Virus record (IMG/VR): IMGVR_UViG_2864522212_000004
Span: 64,001 to 128,000 of that record
Length of the DNA stretch: 64,000 bases
Source: a virus
Lineage: Duplodnaviria; Caudoviricetes
Direction: 5' to 3' (one strand)
Both the position numbers and the translations under genes were made by a program. Positions 18,268 through 29,000 of the stretch are shown here, one piece after another. Under the pieces are notes generated by a model, which was not told where the DNA came from, searched no databases, and saw only the letters and a program-made list of their open reading frames with translations. Each line of letters opens with the position of its first letter. Positions within the stretch are counted from its first letter, which is position 1.

Positions 18268-18550
18268 GCATATAGGGAAAACGCAGTGCAAAAAACAAGC
18301 ATTGCCCTAAATCGTCTTTTAGCCGATAATGTAGATTATGTCAGATAAGAATCACTCTCAATAAGAAGTCCGCTCTCCCAGCTAGAAAGAACCCATGAAC
18401 GCAAACCAATGGAAACGAGCCCTATTCAGCCACTCCGAGGGAGAAAATACAAGGACAAGCGCCAGCACAGAATATCCTCAGCAGTACAATGCGCGGCAGC
18501 GGAAAACGAATTGGCGGAATCGAGGCCATCAAAGTGGGCATGGACGAAAG

Positions 18551-18868
18551 TCATCGTTCTGATTGGACAGTGTCGCCGACCGTATTATCAATGAGGACCG
18601 TCAGTCCGCTTTCGTCGAATTTGTCGTAGTTTTCAATGTCGTAATTCATCTGCAATTCCAGCCAGTATTCCGGTGATGTGCCCAACACGTAGGCGAGCTG
18701 GTATGCGAGGCTTGTGGTGATGCGTCTTTTCCCGCGTATTATTCCACTGATGGTGGTTTGTGGCAGGTTCATGGCTTTCGCCAGACGGTACATGGTGATG
18801 TTGTTTGGTTGCAGGTATTGGTGTAGCAGCACGTCGCCCGGGAGTGGCGCATGGCCCACATCGTTCAT
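18551..18868 (-). CDS. higA: HigA/VapI-family HTH antitoxin (no cognate toxin visible)
   Basis: PGDVL...LAKAM...ISGIIRGKRRIT...GTSPEYWLELQMNYD. Confidence 0.88.
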   Translation of the reverse strand: MNDVGHAPLPGDVLLHQYLQPNNITMYRLAKAMNLPQTTISGIIRGKRRITTSLAYQLAYVLGTSPEYWLELQMNYDIENYDKFDESGLTVLIDNTVGDTVQSER

Positions 18869-18954
18869 AGCCAGACCCTTTCACGCAATTCACTGACTTT
18901 TTTCTGATAGTAACAAAAGAAGCTACCGTTTTGCTTCGGTATGTGGGAATACGG

Positions 18955-18997
18955 TTTTGCCCGCCTCTCCCCTGTTTCGGGTCGAAGGCGGGCAAAA
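18955..18997. terminator. Stem-loop terminator after the CAP-protein gene
   Basis: TTTTGCCCGCC...GGCGGGCAAAA. Confidence 0.55.
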
Positions 18998-19017
18998 CAC
19001 GTTTGGTGCGGTGAGAA

Positions 19018-21966
19018 TCAGTCCTCGACTGCATGCCATCCATCGGCATGCTTGGCGGAACGTACACGCACGAGCACGCAGCCAGCACCGGCGATGGTCA
19101 TGATCGCCGCCAGCGTGGCGATTGCGGTGGTGTCCGATCCGGTGGAGGCCAGACCATTGTTCGTCACACCTGCAGCCTGCTTCTTGGCCTGTTCGGCCTT
19201 CTGCTTCTTGGCTTCGGCATCCTTCTTGGCTTGGTCGGCCTTCTTCTGGGCTTCCTGCTGCTTCTTGGCTTCCTCCTCGGCCTTCTTCTGGGCTTCGGCT
19301 TCGGCCTGCTTGGCGGCGGCGAGCTCCTTGTCGGACGCCTGCTTGTCGGCGAGCTTGGCATCATAGTCGGCCTTGGCTTTCTCGTATGCCTTGTCGGCCT
19401 CATCCTTGGCCTTGTTCGCCTCGTCGAGCTTCGCCTGGGCGTCGGCCAGCTTCGCGTTCGCCTTCTTGAGGTTCTCCTCGGCGTTCTGCAGACGCTTGAT
19501 GGTGTTCTGGGCGTCGTTGAGCTTGCCGGTGGCCGTGTTGAGGTCGTCCTTCGCCTTCGCGTATGCGGCCTTGGCGTCGGCGATGGCCTCGTCGGCGGCC
19601 TTGACCTGCTTGGCGGCGGCTTCAACCTTCGCGTCGGAAACGGTCTTGGCGTCGAGCGCGGCCTGCTTGGCCTTCTCGGCCTCGGCCTTGGCTGCCTTGG
19701 CGGCGGCCAGGTCGGCTGCGGCCTTCGTCTTGTCCGTGTTCGCCTGCTTGATCGCGGCTTCCGCATCCGTCTTGTTCTTGGCGGCGGTCTGGGTCAGCTT
19801 GTCGGCGGTATCGATCTTCGCCTGTGCGGCGGCGACTGCCGTGTTCGCCTTGTCCACTGCCGTCTGGGCTGCGGTCTGGGCGTCGGTGGCGGCGTCGGCT
19901 TCGGACCGGGCTTCCTTGGTGGCCTGCTGGGCGGCGGAGTACGCTTCGTTCTTCGCCGTCTGATCCTTCTTGGCTTCCTCCAACGCCTTGGCCTTGTCCT
20001 CGTTCGCCTTCACGGCCTCGTCATACGCTTTCTGCGCCTCGTCGGCGGCGGCCTGCAAATCCTTGGCCTTCTGCGCGGCCTGCTGGGCTTCCTCGGCGGC
20101 CTTCCGTGCGGACTGCTGGGCGGCGGCCAGCGCCTTGGCCGCATCGGAAGCGTCCTGTGCGGCCTGCTTGCTCTTGGACAATGCGGTCTGGTATGCGGCG
20201 TCGGCTCCGGTCAGGGAATCACGGTAGGCAGTCAAATCAGTCAGGTATGCGTCAACGTCCATGATGCGGCCCGCGTCGGAGCCGATTCCGTTAGCGTTTT
20301 CGGTGAACAGCTGACTATGGGTGTTCCCGCCGATACCCGTGATGTTGCCGTTCTGGCTGACGCCGAAACCGGTGAGGGTCAAATCGGGGTTGACCAGCGT
20401 GGTGTAATGGCCATAAGCGCAGGGTTTGACGGGCTTGCCGTCCGAGGCCTTGCAATCCAGGACACCGTCGGACATGTCCTTCTCATACATGGACTTCTCC
20501 GTGTCGTACCAGCCCTTAAAGGGATCAGTGTAACCCCAGGCGAGGTTTTCGCTGGCGGGGAATTGAAGTGGATGGTTCACGTTGTTGTTGGCATAATCCG
20601 CATCCGCCATGGCCTGTGCCATCAGGGTGTCACTGACCTTGAGGGGTTGCAGGCCTTCCTTCGCGCGAAGCTGATTGGCTTCCTGGATGAACTTCAGGGC
20701 CTCGATCATGTTGTCCAACGTGGTCGCATCACCCTTGGCACCATTATGAATGGCGTCAAGATACTCGGTGACGGTCGGATCGGTGAGAACCTTGACTGCC
20801 TGAGAGGCACCCTTGTCGCCGAAGTAGGCCACTGCGCCCTGAGACAGCTTGTCCTGAGCCTCGTCTGCCGCTTCCTTCTTGGCGTCGGCCTCGCTCTTGG
20901 CATCGGCGGCGGCCTGCTGCTTCGCCTCGGCGTTGGAAGAGGAGTCGGACACCGCCTTGTCGGCATCCTTCTGCGCCTGTTCCGCCTTCTGCTGGGCGGT
21001 GGCGGCGTCGGCTGCGGCCTTCTTCGCCGCTTTGAGCTTCGCGGCCAGGTCGGAAAGACCTCCATCGTCCTTGGACAATTGCTCGACCTTGGCGTCGGCC
21101 TTCTGCTTGGCTTCAAGCGCCTTGGCCTCGGCCTGCCTGGCCGCATCCAGCTTGGCCTGCGCGGCGTTCACCGCCTCGTCGGCCTTCGTCTTGTCGCCGG
21201 TCGCCGAAGCCTGCTGCCTCCTGGCTTCCGTCAGCTCCTTCTCGGCGGCGGCCTTGTCGGCCGCGGCCTGCTTCGCGTCCGCGTCGGCCCGGTCGGCCTT
21301 CTTCTGCGCATCACTGATGGCGGTATCCGCCGCATCGGCCTTCTTCTGCGCGTCCGTGGCCTGCCTGTCGGCCGCATCGATATCGGTCTGGGCCTTGTCG
21401 GCGTCCTGCTGATGGGAGGCGGATTCGGCCGTGGCCTCATCCTTCGCGGTCTGTGCGGCCTGCTTGTCGGCTTCGCCCTTCGACTGGTTGCTGGAGGCCT
21501 GCTGCATGGCCTTGTTGGCGTCGTTGATGGCGTTGGACGCGTCGTTCGCGGCCTGCTGCGCGGCCGCGATCTTGTCGGCCGTGCCGGTCGCATCCTGTGC
21601 GGCCTGCTGCTGGGCCTTGTTGGCGTCGTCGTAGTTCGCCTGCGCCTGCTGCTGGTTGTTTGCGGCTGTCTGCTGCTGGGCGGCGGCGGCGTCGAGGTTC
21701 TGCTTGGCGGTGTCCAGTGCGGCTGCGGCGGCGTCGGCCTTGGCCTGTGCTTCGGTCACGCCGGTCGGGGATGCCTGTGCGATGGCCTGGTTGGCTTCGG
21801 TGGTGCTCTGCTGTGCCTGCTGGATGCTGTCTTGGGCCTGTGTGATTGCCTGATTGGTTTGGTCGCCGGTGGTTGTGGTTTCGTCGGCCATTGCGACTGC
21901 CGGAGCGGCAAGGGTTGCCATCACGGCGGTGGTTGCCGCTGTGATCTTGGTGATGCCGTGTGTCAT
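19018..21966 (-). CDS. Coiled-coil surface protein with a central CAP/SCP domain, LASTG anchor
   Basis: Signal peptide; Ala/Lys/Gln heptads on both sides of NQLRAKEGLQPL...ENLAWG...GHY; LASTG-TM-basic tail. Start at MTHGITK inferred. Confidence 0.88.
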   Translation of the reverse strand: MTHGITKITAATTAVMATLAAPAVAMADETTTTGDQTNQAITQAQDSIQQAQQSTTEANQAIAQASPTGVTEAQAKADAAAAALDTAKQNLDAAAAQQQTAANNQQQAQANYDDANKAQQQAAQDATGTADKIAAAQQAANDASNAINDANKAMQQASSNQSKGEADKQAAQTAKDEATAESASHQQDADKAQTDIDAADRQATDAQKKADAADTAISDAQKKADRADADAKQAAADKAAAEKELTEARRQQASATGDKTKADEAVNAAQAKLDAARQAEAKALEAKQKADAKVEQLSKDDGGLSDLAAKLKAAKKAAADAATAQQKAEQAQKDADKAVSDSSSNAEAKQQAAADAKSEADAKKEAADEAQDKLSQGAVAYFGDKGASQAVKVLTDPTVTEYLDAIHNGAKGDATTLDNMIEALKFIQEANQLRAKEGLQPLKVSDTLMAQAMADADYANNNVNHPLQFPASENLAWGYTDPFKGWYDTEKSMYEKDMSDGVLDCKASDGKPVKPCAYGHYTTLVNPDLTLTGFGVSQNGNITGIGGNTHSQLFTENANGIGSDAGRIMDVDAYLTDLTAYRDSLTGADAAYQTALSKSKQAAQDASDAAKALAAAQQSARKAAEEAQQAAQKAKDLQAAADEAQKAYDEAVKANEDKAKALEEAKKDQTAKNEAYSAAQQATKEARSEADAATDAQTAAQTAVDKANTAVAAAQAKIDTADKLTQTAAKNKTDAEAAIKQANTDKTKAAADLAAAKAAKAEAEKAKQAALDAKTVSDAKVEAAAKQVKAADEAIADAKAAYAKAKDDLNTATGKLNDAQNTIKRLQNAEENLKKANAKLADAQAKLDEANKAKDEADKAYEKAKADYDAKLADKQASDKELAAAKQAEAEAQKKAEEEAKKQQEAQKKADQAKKDAEAKKQKAEQAKKQAAGVTNNGLASTGSDTTAIATLAAIMTIAGAGCVLVRVRSAKHADGWHAVED

Positions 21967-22072
21967 GGGGAGTTTCTTCTTTCTCGTGTATGTGTCTTCC
22001 TTTTCGGGTTTACCCCGATGTCGGGAGATTATGTGTTTTTGTTTCACAAACATATAGTAACACCTTTTTTTA

Positions 22073-23050
22073 CTAACGCAAATTGTCACTATCATGTGTC
22101 TGTGGCAAACCTATATGATGACCCACGGCACGCCGACTGCGACAAAGCGAAAATCCGACAGCCAATATCCCCGTCACGGTGACGCCCGAAACAAAAGCCG
22201 CCTTTTTTACGTCCCCCGTGGCATCTCCGGGCAAGGGGGCCTGATCGGGCATGCTGTTGCGCTCCCCCGTGACAAGCAGTCGCAGCGTATTGCCCTGCCC
22301 CGTACAGGTGAGGAGCGTGACCTCGTCCTTCCCCTTATGGACACGCAACGATTTCGTGTCGGTAGGAGAGACGATGCGTTTGCTGGTGACTCGATAGGCG
22401 AGCGTGTTACCCATGACCTTGATATAGAACGGGTCGCCGTCTTCGAGTTCACCGAGCCGGGTGAACAGGGTCGCGCCTTTCAGATTCGAATGACCGGTGA
22501 TTACGGCGCGCGTATTCTTGCCACCGATAGGCAGACTGGTGCCCGCCAGATGGCCGGCCGCATGTTCGAGCACATCTTGACCAGCTCCGTGGAGGATGGG
22601 CATGTCGACGCTGATCTTCGGAATCAGAATCTCACCCATGGCATCCAACCCATTCACGGACAGTTGACGCCGGTATTCGGCATCGCCCTCGAAATTGCCC
22701 TCGGTCTTCCCATCGAACACAGGTTCTCCTATCTGTGGCTGACCGCCTTCATAAAGACGCTGATTATATGCGATGGCAGATTGGATGACGCTTTGACGGG
22801 AGGATTCCGGAAACAGCGCGGCCGTCTGGCTGACGGATCGCGCCTGCTCGTCAACGGCGCGGTCGCCGAGCGTCTGCTGGATGCGGGGCATGGCGACAAG
22901 CACCATGCCCGCGATCAGGCAGATGACTGCGGCGACCGCGTAGATCCGGGAATGGCGGACGAGCCGGCGGGCGCGATTGTCGCGCGCCCGCTTGTCGCGG
23001 ACCGCATCCGCAACGCTCTCCCACACGTCGGTTTCGGCCGCTGCCGTCAC
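22073..23050 (-). CDS. srtC: Class C (pilin-specific) sortase
   Basis: ITGHS, TLLTCT, RLLVTGER; N- and C-terminal TM helices; adjacent to the pilin genes. Confidence 0.92.
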   Translation of the reverse strand: MTAAAETDVWESVADAVRDKRARDNRARRLVRHSRIYAVAAVICLIAGMVLVAMPRIQQTLGDRAVDEQARSVSQTAALFPESSRQSVIQSAIAYNQRLYEGGQPQIGEPVFDGKTEGNFEGDAEYRRQLSVNGLDAMGEILIPKISVDMPILHGAGQDVLEHAAGHLAGTSLPIGGKNTRAVITGHSNLKGATLFTRLGELEDGDPFYIKVMGNTLAYRVTSKRIVSPTDTKSLRVHKGKDEVTLLTCTGQGNTLRLLVTGERNSMPDQAPLPGDATGDVKKAAFVSGVTVTGILAVGFSLCRSRRAVGHHIGLPQTHDSDNLR

Positions 23051-26000
23051 TTCGCGTGCTTTCCGCCGGTGATCGGCATGTGCTTACCGGTGCGCTTGGT
23101 TGCGGCCATGCGCATGCGTAGCATCGGCATCATCACGCCGAGCGCGATCAGCATGAGCGCGAATCCGGCGTACAGCCAGATGGTCGGCACCTGGGCCTGT
23201 CCGCCCGTGAACGGCAGGGTGGTCAGGCTCGGCTCCCACTGGGCGTACACGGTGGTGCTGCCTTCGGCGGGCAGTGTGACCTTGCCTTCGCCCGGCTGCA
23301 GGAAAGTGCTCCCTGCGGGCGGGTTCTTCTCCGTGCTCCATCCGACGAACCGGTAGCCGGGTCGGGTGATCTTCGGCTCCTTCGCGTCACCGGGGATGGT
23401 GACGGTGGAGAAGGCGTCGCCGGTCACGTCATCGACATGGCCGATGCCGCCGTTCGGGTTGAACTTCAGGCTGGCACCGTTGATTTTCCACTGCGCGTAG
23501 AGCACGGAGGTGTTCTTCGGCGTGGACTTGTCGTTGGCCGTCAGCACGTAGTCGGCTCCCGTGGCGTATGCCTTGCCCTTGCCGTCGGCCTGCGTGTTCC
23601 AGCCGGAGAATGTGTAACCAGGACGGTCGAACGGGTTCGTGATGGTCTTCACGGTCTGGTCGACAACACCGTCCACCGTCTTGGTTTCCGAGCCGACGGT
23701 TCCGATGTTGCTGTTGTACACCAGGTGTGCGGGGTCGGCCTTCCATTGGGCCCACACGGTGGTGGTTCTCGGTTCAAGCGTGTGTTTGTCGCCCGGTTGC
23801 AGGCTTGGGTCGCCGCGTTTGCTGGTGCTCCAGCCGGTGAACGTGTAGCCTGGACGGTCGAAGCTGTTCTGGCTGATGGTCACCGTGTCGCCGGTGTTGC
23901 CGGTGGTGTCGGGTGTGCTGCCTGTGGTGTTCGGCCAGTCGTTGCGGTACTGGATGGTTGCCGGGTTTGCCTTCCAGATGGCGTACAGGTCGTTGCCTGC
24001 TGGCTTCATCACGTACTGGCTGACGCCGTTCTTGCCTTCGCCGTATGCGGTGCCGGAACCGTCCTTGGCGGTGTCCCAACGAACGAACGTGTATCCGTCG
24101 CGGGTGAAACCATTGGCGTTTGTGGTCAGTTCGTCACCGGTCTTGCCGGATTGTGCCGCCGTGTTGCCTCCGGTTGCGCCGTTGCCGTGATAGGTGAGGG
24201 TTTGTGCGTTACCGGCCCAGCAGGCATATAGGGTGCTGGAACCACGCAACGTCCACTCGCTGTTAGGTTTCACTGCATTGCCCTTGCAGTCGGCCTGAGT
24301 GTTCCACGTGACGAACGTGTAGCCGTCGCGGGTGAATCCGTTGTCGCGCACGTTGATCTTCTCGTCGGTCTTGCCAGTCTGCGGGTCGGTCTTGCCGCCG
24401 GTCGCCCCGTTGCCGTCGTAGGTGAGGCTGGCCTGGCCGGGCGTCCACTGCGCGTACAGGGTGAGCGTGCCGTTGGCCGTCCAACTGGCGCCCGGCGCGT
24501 ACTTCGTGCCGCTCCCGTCCGGGCTGGTGGCCCAGCCGGCGAACGTGTACCCGTCGATCGTCCAGCCGTTCTGGCCGATGGTCGGCGTGTCTCCGGTGTG
24601 GCCATCCCAGTTGGGGGTGCCCTGGCCTCCCGTGGTCTTGCCCGCGGGCGGGTTCGGATTGTAGCGGATGTGGGCCTCGTTGGCCGACCATTGGGCGACC
24701 ATGGTGACGATCCCGTTCGGCTGCGTGGTCAGGTTCGTGACCCACTGGCCGTCGCCGTACGCCTGCTGGTTGTCGGCGCGCTTCCACCCGGTGAACGTGT
24801 ATCCGTCGCGGACGAACCCGTTCCGGTGCAGGTTCTGGCCGATGTTGTATTGGAACGCCTGGTCCGGGGTGCCGCCGCCGGTCGCCCCGTTGCCGGCGAA
24901 TCTGACTGTGTACCCGTTGCCGACCCAGTGCGCGTACACGGTCACGTTGCCGGTGAGCGGCGTGTTGAAATCGTATTTGTTTCCGCCGTTCGGGGCCGTG
25001 TACCAGCCGTCGAACCGGTAGCCGGGAATCTTGCCCGTGTCGCCGGCCGCCCAACCGGATTTGTCGGCGGCGGCCGTGTTGTAGGGCACGGTCTGCGATG
25101 CGGGCGTGCCGGGCGCGTTGCTGCCGGCGGGCGTGTTCACGTTGTACGACAGGGTGGGGTTGATGGCCCACAATGCGTATACGGTCTTCGCCCTGGCGGG
25201 CATGACGATTTCCGTCCTGACGTTCGCGTTCAGCGTGTTCCGGTCCATGGTGTCGCCGACGGGCACGTCCCTGTCGTTGGCGTCCGTGTTCGCGCTCCAA
25301 CCGTAGAACGTGCGGTTGGTCTTGCCGATCTGGCTGGAATCCCAGCAGTCGGAGTCGGCCTTCGCGGTCGCCAATGTGATCCTGGTGCCGGCCGGATAGT
25401 AGACCTGGCAGCCGGATACGGCGCCCGTGTCGGCGATCGTCTCCACGCGCACGGAACCGTCGGATCGGGTGATCGTCCGCTGGCTGGTCCCGTCATCCTG
25501 TCTGGCGGTCGTGTCGGTCAGCACCCTGCGGTCGTCCGCGATGGTTCCGGATTCCGGTTCGGCGCTCTTGTCGGCCGCAAGCCTGACCGTGCCGTCCGTC
25601 CCGGATGCGGCGGTTTCGGTCCTGCCCGTCTCGGTGCGCGAGGGCACTTGGCCGGTTCCGCCGTTCCCGTCGTAGCCGAGCCTGTAGGCCTTGGTGAAGC
25701 TCAGATCGTCGAGGATGTTGCCGTTGACGTTGTTGCTGGAGCTTACCGACTTGAAGATGAAGCGGGTGACCGTCCCGGTGGCGATGTACGTGCCGGTGTA
25801 GGTCTCCCACTGCCCGTCATGGTTACGGCTGGAATGGTTCGACTCGGCGTCGTTGCTCACCTTCGTGGAGATGACCTTGCCGACGTCGCCCGGCTGGTCG
25901 CCGTTGCCGTTGACGGTGGTTCGCCTCGCGTCCTGGGCGGATTCCTTGCCGGGTTCGCCGATCATGACGCTCATCCCGTCGAGGTGGTTCCTGTCGAGGC

Positions 26001-29000
26001 TGGCGTGCTTCAACGTCCAGCGGTAGGACACGCCCGGGATGGTGGCGATGTCCTGGTAGATGGCGGTGCCCGCCTGTCCCGCGACGAGTTCCGCGTACTG
26101 GTTGCCGGTCTTGGAGTCCTTCTGCAGTTCGACTCCCTGTGCGATCTGCTGCCAGTCGGTTCCCTTGGTCTGGGTCGACTTCCATGCGAATTTGGAGGCG
26201 TCCCATCCCGGGATTGGCGCCCAGGGGTCCTTATCGATGCCGATGTGCCGCGCGTATCTGCCGTTGATCGGGTCGACGACGGTCCAGTCGTCCCACGGGT
26301 ATTTGGTGGAGACACCGGCGATCAGGCCGGCCGGATAGTCGAACGAGCCGTTGACCAGTTCGGTCGGCAGACTGTCGGTCTTGCCGGCGATGGTCTTCAC
26401 CTTGCCATCGGTGGAGGCCTTGATCTGCGACGTGCTCTTCTTGGCCCCGCCGTTCGCGTCGTAGCTGAGCTTGTAGGCGAGGCGGAAGCTCAGGTCGTCG
26501 ATGATGCTGTCATTGGCGGAGGCAGTAAGAGTACCGTCCTTGGCGACGCCCCTGTAGGCGATCATCGTGCGGGATTGTCCGGCTGGGATAATGACCGTGC
26601 CCTCGTAGGATTCCCAGTCGTCGGAATGGTCCCACGGTTCGTGGCTGCCTTCCGTGGCATCCATGGAATCGGAGTGCGTGTAGGCGACGGTTCCCACATC
26701 GCCGGTCTTGTCCCCGTACTTCTGGCCGGTCTTGGAGACCGTGGTGCGGGTCAGCCTGACCGGGGTGAGATGATCCTTGTCGGGGCCGGTGAGCAATGTC
26801 ACGCCGCCCGCGTTGCCTTTGGAGCGGCCGGAGTGGCGGATACTGAACGTGTAGCTGGCTCCGGGCGTCGTGTTCACGGTCTGGGCAACGGTACGGCCCG
26901 CGTGCACGTCGGCGGCCGTGTTCCCGTCCTTCTCCCGGTGCAGTTCGAAGTTCTGGTTGCTGCCGATGGCATCGAGATCCTGCCAGGCGAACGTGGCGGC
27001 GGTCAGGCCGCCGGCCTTCACGCCCGTCTGTCCGGCCATGGCCTGCGCGTAGGAGCGGATCGTGCCCGCATTGGGCTTCACATACACCCAGGGCAGGCCC
27101 TGCCCCTCCTTCGCGATGCTCCACTTCGGGGTGTCGAACCCGCCGTTCACGGCCAGCTCATCACCCGCGGCCCTGGAGGCGATGGTCTCCACCTTGGCGC
27201 CCGGAGCCTTGAACGCGGCCGGCTGCGTGGAATCCGCCTTCGAACTGGAGGACACCTTGCCCTTGTCGTTCTTCTTCAGATCATGCACCGTCAGACCGGA
27301 AACGGTTTTGTCAGCCGCGAGTCCGACACTGCCCGTGGTCTTGGACTTGGCGGGCTGGACGGTGTTCTCCTTGCCGTATTGATTGGATGGCACGCTGCCG
27401 GTCGCGTCCGAAGCATTCTTGTCGTAAGAGAGCTTGTACGCCTTGTCGAAGCTTAGGTCGTCGACACAGTTGCCCTCGGCGGTGAAGTCGAGGCCCTGAC
27501 CGTTGGAGTCCCTGACGCTCCTGAACGTGAAGCGGGTCGTGGTCGAGGTGGCGAGGTAGTCGCCGGTATAGGTCTCCCATCTGCCGTCCTGCGCGGTGCC
27601 GTGCGTGGTGATCGTGGTGCCGACGCTGCCGGTCTTGTCTGACCCGTTGGATGTGGTGCGGGTTGCCTGCTGTGCGACGGTCTTGCCGGGTTCGCCGATC
27701 ATGACCTGCATGCTGTCGTCCTGGTCCGCGTTGCGGGACGCGTGCTTGAGGCTCCACTTGTACACGACGCCGGGCGTGGTGGCGATGTCCTGGTAGATGT
27801 ACTTGCCTCGCTTGGCTGCGGCGATCTCGCCCCACACGTTGCCCGCGTTGGTCGGATACGGGGTGTGGTTGCGGCGCTGCACCTCGACGGTGTCGGCGCC
27901 GGCGGTGTCGTCGTTGGATTTCCAGCCGAATTTGCCGGAATTCCAGTTGTCGAGCTTGCTGTGCAGCGGGTTGCCGATGATGCCGGTCTTCGCGCTGATT
28001 ATGGCGAGGTAGGTTGTGTCGTGACTGCCGTAGACCCTCTGGTTCTCGTTGATGATCTCGTTGCCGCGATAATCGAACGTGCCGTTCACCAGATGGTCCG
28101 GCAGATTCGACGTATTATCCGCCACCGTCTTCACGTTTCCGGTAGTCTTCGATTCGGCGGGCTGGACGGTGTTCTCCTTGCCACGCTGATTCGACGGGAC
28201 CTTGCCGGTCGCGTCGGATGCGTTCTTGTCATAGGTCAACTTGTAGGAACGGGAGAATTCGATGTCGTCCACGAGATTGCCGACGTTGTTGCCGGGCAGG
28301 GTCTCAACATCTTTGAACCCTTCGAGGCTCTTGAACATGAATACCGTGTTCTTCTGTCCTTCGGGCACCTGGTAATAGCCTTCGTACGTCTCCCACTGGC
28401 TGCCATGGTCTCGGGGATCGGTGTTGGATACCTTTGTGGTGATGGTGGTGGACTTCCCGCCCACCTTGTCGCCATGGCCGTTAGAGGTGACGCGGGTCAT
28501 CTCCACAGGCGTCGCGTGGGCCGTGTCGGAGCCCACGAGGACCTGCATCTTGTCGGCATGGGAGGATTGGCGGCTGGCGTGCTTGAGCCGGATCTTGTAC
28601 AGTACTCCGCCGTTGCCGGTGGACACGTTCTGGTAGATGCTGGTGTTGTCCTGTTGGGCGACGATCTCCGCATACGTGTTCTTGGTGTTGCGGTCCTGCT
28701 GCAATTCGACCCTTGAACCGTTCTCGGTACTGGACCATGCGAACCTGGAAGAGTCGAAACCGGGGATCTGCCCGATCTTTCCGTACTTGGAAAGATCGGT
28801 GGTGGACATGTTGTACCAAAGCGTGCCGTCATCCGATTTGAGGAACGTGCGCAGATCGGCATAGGTTCCCTGCTCGTTCTCCTGAATGTCGGAGAACGAG
28901 GGGTAGGAGAAATCGCCATTAGCGAGGGAACCGTACCGGACGTTCTCGTCCGCGACGGTCTTCACGCCGCCCGTGGCACTGGTTTTGGCGGGTTTGACGG

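Noticed and set aside
18395-18594. Short plus-strand ORFs as the missing HigB toxin
   Set aside because: No RelE/HigB motifs, wrong orientation and overlap with the higA 3' end.
22073-22110. LPQTH near the sortase C-terminus as a sorting signal
   Set aside because: It lies after the TM helix and lacks the Gly and a following hydrophobic segment.
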